The notes below the pieces were generated by a model. The model saw only the letters and a list, made by a program, of their open reading frames with translations, did no database searches and was not told the origin of the DNA. Made by a program: the position numbers and the translations under genes. Of a DNA stretch of 56,881 nucleotides, positions 1 to 9,563 are shown in pieces. Numbering within the stretch: the first letter of the stretch is position 1; each line of letters begins with the position of its first letter. Source of the stretch: an uncultured Acidobacteriaceae bacterium (lineage in GTDB: Bacteria; Acidobacteriota; Terriglobia; Terriglobales; Acidobacteriaceae); contig CAXTMM010000003.1 of NCBI GenBank assembly GCA_964245415.1, positions 12,854 to 69,734 of the forward strand, written 5' to 3'.

Positions 1-1
1 G

Positions 2-727
2 CTCTTTGTACAGGCTGATACGGCTGAGCAGGCTGATCCAGCCGCATTGCGCATCTTTGAAGTAGAGGGTGCTGCCATAGCCGGCGAACAGGAGAGGAGC
101 GCGACGCAAGGCTCTGCCGAGCGCCTAGTCGCCCGGCGTGGAGACCAGAGTGCCGCCTTGGAGGAGACTCGCCCCATCGCGCCCCAACACCAGGTCGCGC
201 CCGAGTGGCAGTCGATCCGCCTGGGTGAGCACCCAACCAGCCCGTTGCCGAACACGGAGACCGATCGCAAGACGCCGCAGCGGGCAGACCACCGCAGCAG
301 CCAAACCCAGCCAGTCCTGTACACGGCTCCTATCTTAGATCGGGCCATGGCCGCTTTGGTCGACATGGCGGTAGTCGGCTTGGCGTTCCTGCTCTTCGTA
401 CTGGTCTTTGCCGCGTGCACCGCGCACCCGCCGCTTGACAGGACGGCGCTGGTCTGTGGCGCAGTAGTGCTCGGCGGTCTGTTCCTGTTCTATCAATGGC
501 TGTTCATGAGCTTTGGCGGCGGCACGCTGGGCATGCGCTACGCGCAGATCGCCATATGCACCTTTGAGGATGAGAACCCAACCCGGCAGACAATGCGCAG
601 GCGCGTGGGAGCAAGCGTGCTGTCGCTGCTGCCCCTGGGGTTGGGCTTTCTCTGGGCGCTCTTTGATGAAGACTCGCTCGGCTGGCACGACCGGTTGACG
701 CGCTGCTACCAGCGCAGCTACCGCTAA
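2..727 (+). CDS. RDD family membrane protein, 5'-partial (frame is open from the window edge)
   Basis: C-terminal RDD pattern: DRAMAALVD, hydrophobic helices, GGTLGMRY and SLGWHDRLT. No stop in frame from position 2. Confidence 0.85.
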   Translation, partial: LFVQADTAEQADPAALRIFEVEGAAIAGEQERSATQGSAERLVARRGDQSAALEETRPIAPQHQVAPEWQSIRLGEHPTSPLPNTETDRKTPQRADHRSSQTQPVLYTAPILDRAMAALVDMAVVGLAFLLFVLVFAACTAHPPLDRTALVCGAVVLGGLFLFYQWLFMSFGGGTLGMRYAQIAICTFEDENPTRQTMRRRVGASVLSLLPLGLGFLWALFDEDSLGWHDRLTRCYQRSYR

Positions 728-747
728 ACGTTAGCGAAGCAAGCGGC

Positions 748-773
748 AAGCCCGGGCCCGGCGCCCGGGCTTT
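748..773 (+). terminator. GC-rich hairpin after the RDD gene, possible weak terminator
   Basis: AAGCCCGGGC-ccggc-GCCCGGGCTT inverted repeat with only a short T tail. Confidence 0.45.
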
Positions 774-812
774 GCCATTCCAGGATGAGGATCAAGGCAG
801 GGAGACCGAACG

Positions 813-1460
813 ATGCGGCTCTACATGATCACCGACCGGCGCCTTTTTGCATCATCCGAGTCTTTCCTAGACAACGTTTCTTACTGGGTCACCACCGGTC
901 TCGAATTTATCCAGGTCCGCGAGAAGGATCTGCCCTCGTCCGATCTCGAACAAGTGACATTCAAGCTCCGGGAGAACGCGTTGCACATTGCCTCGACATG
1001 GGGCATACCCGGGCCTGCCCTGCTGATCAACGTAAGCGATGAACAGCAAGTCAAGGTCGCGTGCAAGGTAGCCAACGGGGTACACCTGCCCGGCGATGCG
1101 CGAACCCTGACTGATCGCGTAGAACAGACCCGAGCACTCTGGAACTCCGAGCGCCCGTCTGGCCCCAAGCCGGTAGTGAGCGTCTCCTGCCACACGCTTC
1201 GCGAGATAGAAGAAGCACGCGCAGCCCAGGTTTCGGTGATCCTCTTCGCGCCAGTCTTTGAGAAGCCGCTTTCGGGTCAACCGCCGCTGCCGGGTGTCGG
1301 ACTCGCAGCCTTACGGGCGGCATGCCTGGCCGCCGGCCCGATGCCGGTCTTCGCGCTCGGCGGAGTAACGCTCGACAACGCACAAGACTGCATGGCAGCA
1401 GGTGCAGCCGGCATCGCCGGCATCCGGCTATTCGCGGGTGAGGCCCGGCGGAAGATGTAA
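813..1460 (+). CDS. thiE: Thiamine phosphate synthase / TenI family protein
   Basis: LYMITDR, FIQVREKD, GVHLP, SVSCHT, PVFALGG and GIAGIR motifs. No other thi genes adjacent, so it could be a TenI-like paralog. Confidence 0.8.
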   Translation: MRLYMITDRRLFASSESFLDNVSYWVTTGLEFIQVREKDLPSSDLEQVTFKLRENALHIASTWGIPGPALLINVSDEQQVKVACKVANGVHLPGDARTLTDRVEQTRALWNSERPSGPKPVVSVSCHTLREIEEARAAQVSVILFAPVFEKPLSGQPPLPGVGLAALRAACLAAGPMPVFALGGVTLDNAQDCMAAGAAGIAGIRLFAGEARRKM

Positions 1461-1588
1461 GTCGCTATGCTCTGCGCTTAGAGCCGTTTGTCCTTCGGTT
1501 TAGAAAGATCAGCAAAGCGTTAGTGACTTCTTGGTCAAGGAAAGTCACGCCCGATCAGAGTTCGCGCTGTATACCAGTGGAAACGGGT

Positions 1589-2197
1589 TTAAGCCACAGC
1601 TTCCGACTCACTAGTCTGGATACTGGGACGAACCGCCTTCAGCGTGCCAAGAACTGGCGCCGTAACAAAGCTGGCGACCAGGCTCGGAATACGCCGCAAG
1701 TCATTCGCAAAGCTGCCCTCATCCTTGCCGACAAGCATCGCGCCATTGCGCATCAGGTGCAGGTGAAAGGCAGCCGACAGTAGCCCACAGAAAGCCATGG
1801 TGAAAGAAACAGCCTTCAGGTTGGGTGTTCCAGCGGCATGTTGCAGGAGCGTATCGATAGCCTGGGCCAGCATAGGCACGCCCGCGATGATCACCAGGTT
1901 AGCCAGCCAGCGCGGCTCAACCCGCATCGCACCCTGCTGTAGCGCGGCGTAAAAGCCCGCGGTCACGCAAACATAGGCCGCCTCGACCATGGCTGCGTGA
2001 AGCCCGGCCTGGTAGCTGCCCGTATGAAGATGCCGCGCAGCCACAATGAAGTAAAGGGTAGCCCGGATGGCGATCTGGAGCGATGCCGCCTTCCAGTTCC
2101 AGTAGCGAACAGGATAGCTGGCCACGCGCAGAGCCGCGCTGAGCGGAGCGCCGCGATCAAACAACGAGGTCAATCCTGCAAGCTGTCGAAGGTTCAC
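1589..2197 (-). CDS. Hypothetical membrane protein
   Basis: 202-aa ORF with several hydrophobic segments and a WNWKAA motif; fills the gap downstream of ruvB. Confidence 0.7.
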   Translation of the reverse strand: MNLRQLAGLTSLFDRGAPLSAALRVASYPVRYWNWKAASLQIAIRATLYFIVAARHLHTGSYQAGLHAAMVEAAYVCVTAGFYAALQQGAMRVEPRWLANLVIIAGVPMLAQAIDTLLQHAAGTPNLKAVSFTMAFCGLLSAAFHLHLMRNGAMLVGKDEGSFANDLRRIPSLVASFVTAPVLGTLKAVRPSIQTSESEAVA

Positions 2198-2332
2198 ACA
2201 GCAAGCATGCCTCAGCTAGCTTGAAGACAAAGTAAATACAAGATCAAGAATTGCTCGAAAGTAACAACCGCTGCATAAAAGAGGAAGCCGCATCGAGAAA
2301 CCCCAGAGCCGCACGATGCACTGACTCGTGTG

Positions 2333-3367
2333 CTAAAACAACGGCGTCTGCCTCCGCGGCTGCGGCAGTCCAAAATGCTCATAGGCCAGCCGAGTCGCCA
2401 CCCGTCCCCGCGGCGTCCGATCCAGAAACCCGATTTGAATCAAAAACGGCTCGTAGACTTCCTCGAGCGCGTCCTGCTCTTCGGCCAACGTCGCCGCCAG
2501 CGTATTCAGCCCCACCGGCCCACCATCGTACTTCTCAATGATGGTCAGCAGCAGCCGCCGATCCAGCTCGTCAAAGCCATGCGCATCCACCTCCAGCAGC
2601 TTCAACGCCTCGCCCGCCGTCTTGCGGTCGATCACTCCTGTGCCGCGCACCTGCGCGTAATCCCGCACCCGCCGCAGCAGACGGTTCGCTATCCGCGGCG
2701 TCCCGCGCGACCGCATCGCGATCTCGGCAGCACCGTCCTGGTCGATCGGCACGCCCAGCACCTCGGCCGACCGCTCCACCACAAACCGCAGCTCGTCATC
2801 CGAGTAGTACTCCAGTCTCAGCAGGATCCCAAAGCGCGACCGCAGCGGCGACGACAGCAGCCCCGGCCGCGTGGTCGCTGCGACAAAGGTGAACGGCTTA
2901 ATATCCATGACATGCGTCCGAGCCCCCGGCCCCTGACCAATAATGATATCCAGCTTGTAATCCTCAAGCGCCGTGTAAAGCTTCTCCTCGAGTACCGGCT
3001 GCAGCCGATGAATTTCATCCAGAAACAACACCTGCTTCAACCGAACATTGGTCAGAATCGCGGTCAGATCGCCCTGGATCTGCAGCGCCGGCCCCGAAGT
3101 CTGCTGAAACGCAACATCGAGCTCATTCGCCAGGATCGCAGCAAGTGTCGTCTTTCCCAGCCCGGGCGGACCGAACAGCAGTACATGGTCCAGCGCCTCA
3201 CCACGCGCCCGCGCCGCCTCGAGGGCGATCTGCAGCTGGTCCTTCGCCTTCTGCTGCCCGATAAACTCTCTCAGTAGCCTGGGCCGCAGCTTCAGCTCAA
3301 ACGAGGTCTCCTCATCTGCGCGCGCAGCGGAGACAAGCCGGTCCGGGTTAATCTCAGGAAGCGCCAT
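2333..3367 (-). CDS. ruvB: Holliday junction branch migration helicase RuvB
   Basis: [12 protein letters not shown], Walker [35 protein letters not shown] and RTPRGR. Confidence 0.98.
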   Translation of the reverse strand: MALPEINPDRLVSAARADEETSFELKLRPRLLREFIGQQKAKDQLQIALEAARARGEALDHVLLFGPPGLGKTTLAAILANELDVAFQQTSGPALQIQGDLTAILTNVRLKQVLFLDEIHRLQPVLEEKLYTALEDYKLDIIIGQGPGARTHVMDIKPFTFVAATTRPGLLSSPLRSRFGILLRLEYYSDDELRFVVERSAEVLGVPIDQDGAAEIAMRSRGTPRIANRLLRRVRDYAQVRGTGVIDRKTAGEALKLLEVDAHGFDELDRRLLLTIIEKYDGGPVGLNTLAATLAEEQDALEEVYEPFLIQIGFLDRTPRGRVATRLAYEHFGLPQPRRQTPLF

Positions 3368-3489
3368 CTGCTAAGGGCAAGTGTAAATGGGTACACGCCC
3401 ATGCGCCTGAGACCCATTCACGGGAACCAACTCAGTCCCTCTCGCGTATCCTGATTCTGCCTGCGGGCCTCCCCGCGATAGGAAAAGAT

Positions 3490-3678
3490 ATGCTCTTGTT
3501 GCTCTGGATCGTGCTCCTACTCGTTTGCTGGCCTCTCGCCTTGATGGCCGCAGTGCTCTACCCGCTCCTCTGGCTTCTGCTGCTTCCCTTCCGCCTGGCA
3601 GGTGCGGCAGTGGGTGGCTTACTCGACCTGGTCGCGGCAATGCTCTTTCTCCCTGGACGAGTCCTTCGCCGCATCTGA
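3490..3678 (+). CDS. Small hydrophobic membrane protein (62 aa)
   Basis: ATG-initiated, almost entirely hydrophobic ORF in the ruvB-msrA gap. Confidence 0.7.
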   Translation: MLLLLWIVLLLVCWPLALMAAVLYPLLWLLLLPFRLAGAAVGGLLDLVAAMLFLPGRVLRRI

Positions 3679-3782
3679 GGTGTGCTTTCCCGTCCATGCG
3701 TAGCCCTCGGAGAGCAAAAATGTAACTATTTGCACCGAAACAGCGTCCTACTGGAAGCTTCTCCTCTCGAGGTACCCTGCCA

Positions 3783-4469
3783 ATGTCGCGATCCTTCTCA
3801 CGCCTGCCCTATGCAATTGCCCTCCTGCTCGGCCTCACCCTCGCCGCCTCCTCCTGTCACGCCGCGCCGCTCGTCCCGATGCCGCCAGCCAAAATGGACG
3901 CCTCCCTTGCGCACGCTCCCGGCAAGCAGACAGCGGTCTTCGCCGGCGGCTGCTTCTGGGGCACCCAGTCGGTCTTTGAGCGGGTGAAAGGTGTCGTCAA
4001 GACCACCGCGGGCTACGCAGGCGGCTCGTCGTCGACCGCGACCTACGACCAGGTGACCACCGAAACCACTGGCCACGCCGAGTCGGTCGAGGTTGTGTAC
4101 GACCCCTCGCAGATCACCTACGGCGAGCTGCTGCGTATCTTCTTCTCCGTCGCCCACGACCCCACCCAGCTCAACCGCCAGGGCCCCGACGTAGGCACCT
4201 CCTACCGCTCGGCTATCTTCTACGCCAATGAGGAGCAGAAGCAACTCGCCGCGTCCTACATGGCCCAGCTGGGCGCAGCCAAGGTCTTCCCTAAGCCCAT
4301 CGTGACCCAGCTCACTCCGCTCAAGGGCTTCTACCGCGCCGAGGACTACCACCAGGACTACGCCCTGCACAATCCAGGAAACCCCTACATCCTGGTCTGC
4401 GACCGCCCCAAGATCGAAGCCCTCAAGCAGGAGTTTCCAGAACTGTTCGTCAATTACAAAGGCAAGTAA
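3783..4469 (+). CDS. msrA: Peptide-methionine (S)-S-oxide reductase MsrA with signal peptide
   Basis: AGGCFWG, GHAESV, HDPTQLNRQGPDVGTSYRSAIFY, AEDYHQDY; hydrophobic N-terminal leader. Confidence 0.96.
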   Translation: MSRSFSRLPYAIALLLGLTLAASSCHAAPLVPMPPAKMDASLAHAPGKQTAVFAGGCFWGTQSVFERVKGVVKTTAGYAGGSSSTATYDQVTTETTGHAESVEVVYDPSQITYGELLRIFFSVAHDPTQLNRQGPDVGTSYRSAIFYANEEQKQLAASYMAQLGAAKVFPKPIVTQLTPLKGFYRAEDYHQDYALHNPGNPYILVCDRPKIEALKQEFPELFVNYKGK

Positions 4470-4497
4470 CTCTTCACAAGCCTTATAGACCCAACGA

Positions 4498-4554
4498 GAA
4501 GCGCGTCATCGCCTGGACAGCCAGTCCCGCGAAGCGCGCATCTGCCTGGACAGC
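4498..4554. repeat. Imperfect ~24-bp direct repeat, 2 copies, between convergent genes
   Basis: GAAGCGCGTCATCGCCTGGACAGC (4498-4521) and GAAGCGCGCATCTGCCTGGACAGC (4531-4554). Confidence 0.7.
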
Positions 4555-4560
4555 TGATCC

Positions 4561-5490
4561 CTAATCTTTCGGGCTCTCCGCCGTAAACGCCGAACAGCAA
4601 GGCTCCATCACCGGCTGAAACTCCATCAGCTCCACCCGCGTACCATCCGGGTCATACAGATTTGCCTGCCACTTCCCGTCTTTCCCCATCTGCGGCCCGT
4701 TATGCTTCGGGCTCATCCGATCCGCCGCAATCAGCGTCGTCATCGCCTGCTCCATATTCTTCACGCCAAGCGAAAAGTGATTCATCCCTCCCAGCTGGTC
4801 TGCGTTCACATGGTTAAGCGGTGTAGTCGATCCATCCCCAACCAGCATGTACTCCAGCCAGTCATGCCCATCCGGCACTTGCTGCGAGACCCAGTCCGTC
4901 CTGTCCGGCTGCACGGCTCCATGCCAGTATGGGCGGAAGCCCAACAGATCTCGATAAAAGTGGTCTTCTGCCGGTTCACTGTGCACCAGCATGCCCACAT
5001 GGATGATGTGGCTGCTAATCGCTGTCTCTGGTGCCGCGGCGGACGAGCCGCTTACCTGCATAAATTGCACCGCGTTGCCTTCCGGGTCCCGCACCTCAAA
5101 CCACAGGCTGCCATCCCCGCCCTTGTGCAAGGGAGAGGCTGAGCCTGCGCCATGCGCGACCAGGTACGCGCGAAGCCTCTCCGCGTCGGTCGTTGAGTAG
5201 GCCACATGCGCGAGCCTGCTGATACCCTGCCCCGGCGGCAGCGGCAGCACCTCAACAAACTGCGTGGCGCTAAAGTAGTACCGAACGCCGGCAGGATCTT
5301 CAGGATCGCCGCCTTTCCGGGCCTTTAGTACTTCGCTGTAGAAATGATTGGTCGCTGCGGGGTTCGAAGAGTAGACGCACATGTGCGAGATACCCGTGAT
5401 CGGCGGCCGCGTCTGCTGGGCACTCGCCGTCAAGGACGCCCACGCCAGCACGGTCACAGAAAACAAGCTGTTCCATCGAATCCACCGCAT
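4561..5490 (-). CDS. Exported VOC (glyoxalase/bleomycin resistance) family protein, two VOC domains
   Basis: Signal peptide (MRWIRW...ASA-QQ); repeated VOC motifs ISHMCV, RDPEGNAVQF, IIHVGM, NHFSL, YDPDGTRVELME. Start moved to the ATG at 5490. Confidence 0.85.
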   Translation of the reverse strand: MRWIRWNSLFSVTVLAWASLTASAQQTRPPITGISHMCVYSSNPAATNHFYSEVLKARKGGDPEDPAGVRYYFSATQFVEVLPLPPGQGISRLAHVAYSTTDAERLRAYLVAHGAGSASPLHKGGDGSLWFEVRDPEGNAVQFMQVSGSSAAAPETAISSHIIHVGMLVHSEPAEDHFYRDLLGFRPYWHGAVQPDRTDWVSQQVPDGHDWLEYMLVGDGSTTPLNHVNADQLGGMNHFSLGVKNMEQAMTTLIAADRMSPKHNGPQMGKDGKWQANLYDPDGTRVELMEFQPVMEPCCSAFTAESPKD

Positions 5491-5747
5491 ACACGTTGCC
5501 TTTCTAAAAGCGCAAAGTAAGTGCATCGCGCCTCTGCGACCCGAAACAAGACACTAGAGCATCCCCACCAGCGCTGTACAGCGCGGTGAGCAGCGTCGGC
5601 CAGGTGCGCCTCTTGACTCCGCTGAGTACGACGGTAATGTGTCGCTTGCGCTCTGGACATCCTACAGTCAGGCAGGGCTTGATGAAGATGCCGGCGCCTG
5701 ATGCCAATAAATTAGACAACTCGCCGCACGCAGGCAAGAAGCATGAC

Positions 5748-5930
5748 ATGAGGAAGATGAAGCTATGGATCGCCGGGCTGCTACGCCAGGAGTCAGGTCA
5801 GGACCTGGTTGAGTACGCGCTGATCGCGGGCCTCATCGGCCTGGGATTGGTCGTAGCTACGAGTAATCTGCAGCACAGCATCGCCAACCTGTTTAGCGCC
5901 ATCGGCAATCGCCTCTCCAACATGACGTAG
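5748..5930 (+). CDS. Flp family type IVb (Tad) pilin
   Basis: MRKMKLWIAGLLRQESG/QDLVEYALIAGLIGLGLVV: prepilin cleavage Gly, the Flp EY motif and a hydrophobic helix. Start is 5748 or 5757. Confidence 0.9.
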   Translation: MRKMKLWIAGLLRQESGQDLVEYALIAGLIGLGLVVATSNLQHSIANLFSAIGNRLSNMT

Positions 5931-5947
5931 AGCTGCTGAGCAAGGCT

Positions 5948-7147
5948 CTATCTGGTGAGCGACGGCAGAGCCGCCAGGGTGAGTCCAGCCTGCGCCGCGA
6001 CGATCACGCCGGCCAGCGCGAAGAAGATCCTGCGCTGCCGCGTCTCGAACGCATCGGCAAAGGCCCCTGCAATCGACACCAGTAGAAACGGCATCGCCCA
6101 CACCCACGGCCGGCTCTCCACCCCGGTCGTCATCAGCCCGAAGAGCAGTGCCGCAATCCCGAGCGGAACTGTGTTGCCAAAGTAGCGGGACCGCCGATGG
6201 GTCGCCCACAGGGCCAGGCTAGCGGCCGTGGCGAGGCTGAGGCCGGCATTGCCCGGGTTGGCAACCAGGACGCGCGCCTCGCCCGGCGAGAACCACAGCC
6301 GCGCCGCCCCGCTGCGAAACACATAGCTGTACGCGTCCCCATGCAAGCCGTAAGCAACAAACAGCAGCACGGCCGCGCCCAAAAGCCACACCAGCAGCAG
6401 CGTGGGCAGGTACGATCGCCGGCCCTCGGCAAGGTACGCCATCAGCACGCCGGCGAGCACCAGCCCTACCAGCATCGCGGCCATATGCGCCGCGGCCGTA
6501 AACCCGAAGATAACCGTCAGCAGCCCGATGCGCGGCCGCCACTTCTTGACTGGCCCCTGCATCGCGTGCGAGACGCCGATCGCCGTATACACCAGTGCAA
6601 ATAGTCCAAGCGCGGCCAGAATCTCGTTGTTCGGGTGCGTCGAGGCATCGAGAACAGGCGGCGTGACACAGTAAAGTCCCAGCGCCAAATACCCGCTCCG
6701 ATTCCCGAAAAGCCTTCGCGTCACCCACCACAGGCAGCCGCCCAGCGCCAGCCCCGCCAGGGTAAACGGCGCCAGCAGCAAAAAGCGAATCGCGCCGATC
6801 TCATGGCGCAGCTCCCAAAGCGACGCCGAGGCGTCCGCGCCGGTAGTCAGCCGTGCCGCCAGCGTAAGCGGCAGCCCGGCCACCCGGTACGCCAGGATGC
6901 CATCGCGAATGTTGCCGCAACTGGTGTAGTACCCGGTGATTCCAAAGCCTGCACCTCCATGGCTGAACGGCAGCGGCCTCTCCCACATTTCGCGGCCACA
7001 CTGCGCATACCGGTAATCCAGATCGGTAAGCGTATGGTGATCCACCACCCAAAAGCACTGCGTAAGAAATGCGAGCAGCATCAGGGCCGCCATACGCTGA
7101 GGATGGTTCAAACGAAATTTCCTCAAACGCTGAGCAGGCAGTGACAT
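5948..7147 (-). CDS. GT-C fold (ArnT/PMT, GT39-like) multi-pass membrane glycosyltransferase
   Basis: Many TM segments, an acidic motif after TM1 (TDLD) and LWWVTRRLFGNRSGYLALGLY typical of the ArnT/PMT family. Start probably MSLPAQ at 7147; the ORF extends to 7210. Confidence 0.7.
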   Translation of the reverse strand: MSLPAQRLRKFRLNHPQRMAALMLLAFLTQCFWVVDHHTLTDLDYRYAQCGREMWERPLPFSHGGAGFGITGYYTSCGNIRDGILAYRVAGLPLTLAARLTTGADASASLWELRHEIGAIRFLLLAPFTLAGLALGGCLWWVTRRLFGNRSGYLALGLYCVTPPVLDASTHPNNEILAALGLFALVYTAIGVSHAMQGPVKKWRPRIGLLTVIFGFTAAAHMAAMLVGLVLAGVLMAYLAEGRRSYLPTLLLVWLLGAAVLLFVAYGLHGDAYSYVFRSGAARLWFSPGEARVLVANPGNAGLSLATAASLALWATHRRSRYFGNTVPLGIAALLFGLMTTGVESRPWVWAMPFLLVSIAGAFADAFETRQRRIFFALAGVIVAAQAGLTLAALPSLTR

Positions 7148-7346
7148 CGCTAGGGTCAGTGTATCGAAGCTGAAGGCAAGACCACTTGCGCGGCAGGCGG
7201 CATCTGCCATGCAGGCTGACGGCGCCTGGCGTCTAAGAAAAGCCCGAACTTTCTGTTACCAAAGGGAGCCTGAGCTTTTTGCGCCATCGGCGCGCTATTC
7301 CATGTCACGCAGTGACCGCCTTCCGCGTAGGGGGGGTGCCTTTGCC

Positions 7347-9554
7347 TTAGCTGCGCAGGCGGCCGCCGACGGTCTCGACGGCTGCTACCAGTTGTTCTGC
7401 AAAGGATTGGAGGTCTTCTTCGCGGAGGGTGCGCTGGTTGGATTGGAAGGTAGTTCTAAGGAGCAGCGAGAAGTGGCCTTCGGGCACTTGTGGGTTCTGG
7501 GTAGGGCGGAGCAGTTCGGCCGGGACAAGACTGGTCAGCTCTTCCAGGGACAGGGAGCGAATGGCCTGCTCGATCTGCGCGTACGCGGTTGCCTCTGGCA
7601 GCAGGAAGGAGAAGTCGCGGCGCACGGGCTGGAAGCGGGAGAGCTCCCGCGGCATGGGGTGGCGCAGGTGCTGTGCGTAGAGCCGGTCAAGGCGCAGCTC
7701 GCCTAGGTAGATCAACGTCTTAAGCTTGCGCCGTGAAGCTTCTTTCGGATGCAGCTCGCCGAAGTAGCCAATCGTCAAGCCGTCCATCACCAGCCGCGCC
7801 GACCGGCCAGGATGCAGGTAGGCGGGCATCAAGCCGCTGTCCGCCGGAAAGCGGTCATAATAAAGCATCCGCGCCATGAACCGGGCTGCGCTTTGTTCAA
7901 CGATCCCTTTGAGCGTGTAGAAGTCGACAGTGCACTCGCCCAGTTGCCCGGCGAGGCCGAAGGCAAGCGAAGGCCGTTCAGCTACTTTTTCATTGGCGCC
8001 GCCGCCACGATCGTTGCTCCGGTCGTCTCGCTCGTTGCCGCTTGCTGTGAAGACCGTGCCTATCTCAAATAGAGCGATATTGCTCACGTCGCGATGCAGG
8101 TTGGCGGCTAGCATGGTAAGCATGCCCGGCAGCAACGACGGCCGGAGCATGCCGGCTTCCTCGCTCAGCGGGTTCTCAATCGCAGCGCCCGAGCCGGGTT
8201 GCGCAGCAAATGTACCTACGTCAGCCGCAGAACAAAACGTGCTCGACACAGCCTCTGAGAGCCCTGCAGCAAGCAGTGTCTGTCGTGTAGCTCGCTCAGC
8301 GGCCGCGTTGGGCTGCTGTCGCACTGTCCCGGTGAAAGGAGGAAGCGTGTTCAAGAAGCGGTTATACCCGTAGACCCGGGCCACTTCTTCAATCAGGTCG
8401 ATTTCGCGCTCGAGGTCAAGCCGCCAGCCAGGCAGCGTCACCGCATACTGCCGCTCCACCCCTCCTGCGACCATAGAGCTCTCATCCTGAGCAACGCGAA
8501 GGATCGGCGGCTGACTCTGACCAGCATCTTCAGAGACAAGCGTGCATCCAAGCCCACCCAAAATCGTCTCCACATCGCTCGGTGTAATTCCCCCCTCCGC
8601 ATCGGTCGGCCCAAGGATCCTTCTAACCTCAGAAACAGCCAGCGAGACACTTGCGCGCCTGGCGGTTCTGCGTTCAGCTTCGGGCTGAACGATGTCCACC
8701 AAGTCACCTTCTATATGCCCGCCCGACTCAAGCACAATCCTTGCTACCATTGCCGAAGCGACCGGTGCCGCATCGAAATCCGCTCCCCGCTCAAAACGGT
8801 GCGAGGCATCCGTATGCAGCCCGTGACGTTTCGACGCTTGTCGAACTGTTGTACGGTCAAACCATGCAGACTCGACCAAAAAGTTCCTTGTAGCAGCCGT
8901 AATCATCGAATCCCAGCCCCCCATCACTCCAGCAATGGAGAGAGCCTTATCCTCGTCCGCAATTACAAGATCGTCCGGATCAAGCGTACGCTCAACCCCA
9001 TCCAGCGTGCGCAACCGCTCCCCTCGACGAGCCCGCCGCACCACGATACCGCCCCTAACCATTTCCAGGTCGAACACATGCGTAGGCTGCCCAATTGCCC
9101 GGGTGACGTAGTTGGTCGCATCCACTGCGTTTGAGATCAGCTTCTGCTCCAGCAGCCGGAAGCGCTCCGCTACCACCCCCGACGACGGCTGCACGGTAAT
9201 CCCCCGCAGCACCCGCGCCGTAAACCGCCCACAAAGCCCTTGCGCCGCTCGTTCAATCGACACCGGATAGGCCGACCGGCCCACCTGTGCCGGCAGCCCA
9301 ACCTCTAGCGGCTTCAACTCCAGCCCATATATAGCGGCCGCCTCCCGAGCGATGCCGTAGTGGTTCATCGCATCCACGCGATTGGTCGTAATATCCATCT
9401 CAAACAACGCGCCCGTACCATCTCCATGTTGCGGCGCAAGATCAAATACCCCCTCTACAGCGATCCCGCGCAGCGTAAGGTCTTCAGCCAGTTGCACGTT
9501 CGAGACAGGCAGCTCAGGCAGGTAGGAGCGGAGCCAGGTGGAAAGTATTTTCAT
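7347..9554 (-). CDS. pheT: Phenylalanine--tRNA ligase beta subunit (short form without B2 OB-fold)
   Basis: ITTNRVDAMNHYGIARE, NAVDATNY, IAGVMGG, TDASHRFERG, DLIEEVARVYG, RRDFSF; directly follows pheS. Confidence 0.97.
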   Translation of the reverse strand: MKILSTWLRSYLPELPVSNVQLAEDLTLRGIAVEGVFDLAPQHGDGTGALFEMDITTNRVDAMNHYGIAREAAAIYGLELKPLEVGLPAQVGRSAYPVSIERAAQGLCGRFTARVLRGITVQPSSGVVAERFRLLEQKLISNAVDATNYVTRAIGQPTHVFDLEMVRGGIVVRRARRGERLRTLDGVERTLDPDDLVIADEDKALSIAGVMGGWDSMITAATRNFLVESAWFDRTTVRQASKRHGLHTDASHRFERGADFDAAPVASAMVARIVLESGGHIEGDLVDIVQPEAERRTARRASVSLAVSEVRRILGPTDAEGGITPSDVETILGGLGCTLVSEDAGQSQPPILRVAQDESSMVAGGVERQYAVTLPGWRLDLEREIDLIEEVARVYGYNRFLNTLPPFTGTVRQQPNAAAERATRQTLLAAGLSEAVSSTFCSAADVGTFAAQPGSGAAIENPLSEEAGMLRPSLLPGMLTMLAANLHRDVSNIALFEIGTVFTASGNERDDRSNDRGGGANEKVAERPSLAFGLAGQLGECTVDFYTLKGIVEQSAARFMARMLYYDRFPADSGLMPAYLHPGRSARLVMDGLTIGYFGELHPKEASRRKLKTLIYLGELRLDRLYAQHLRHPMPRELSRFQPVRRDFSFLLPEATAYAQIEQAIRSLSLEELTSLVPAELLRPTQNPQVPEGHFSLLLRTTFQSNQRTLREEDLQSFAEQLVAAVETVGGRLRS

Positions 9555-9563
9555 GCTTAATCC

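Noticed and set aside
2330-3277. 315-aa plus-strand ORF
   Set aside because: Antisense shadow of ruvB with no recognisable motifs; typical of high-GC codon bias.
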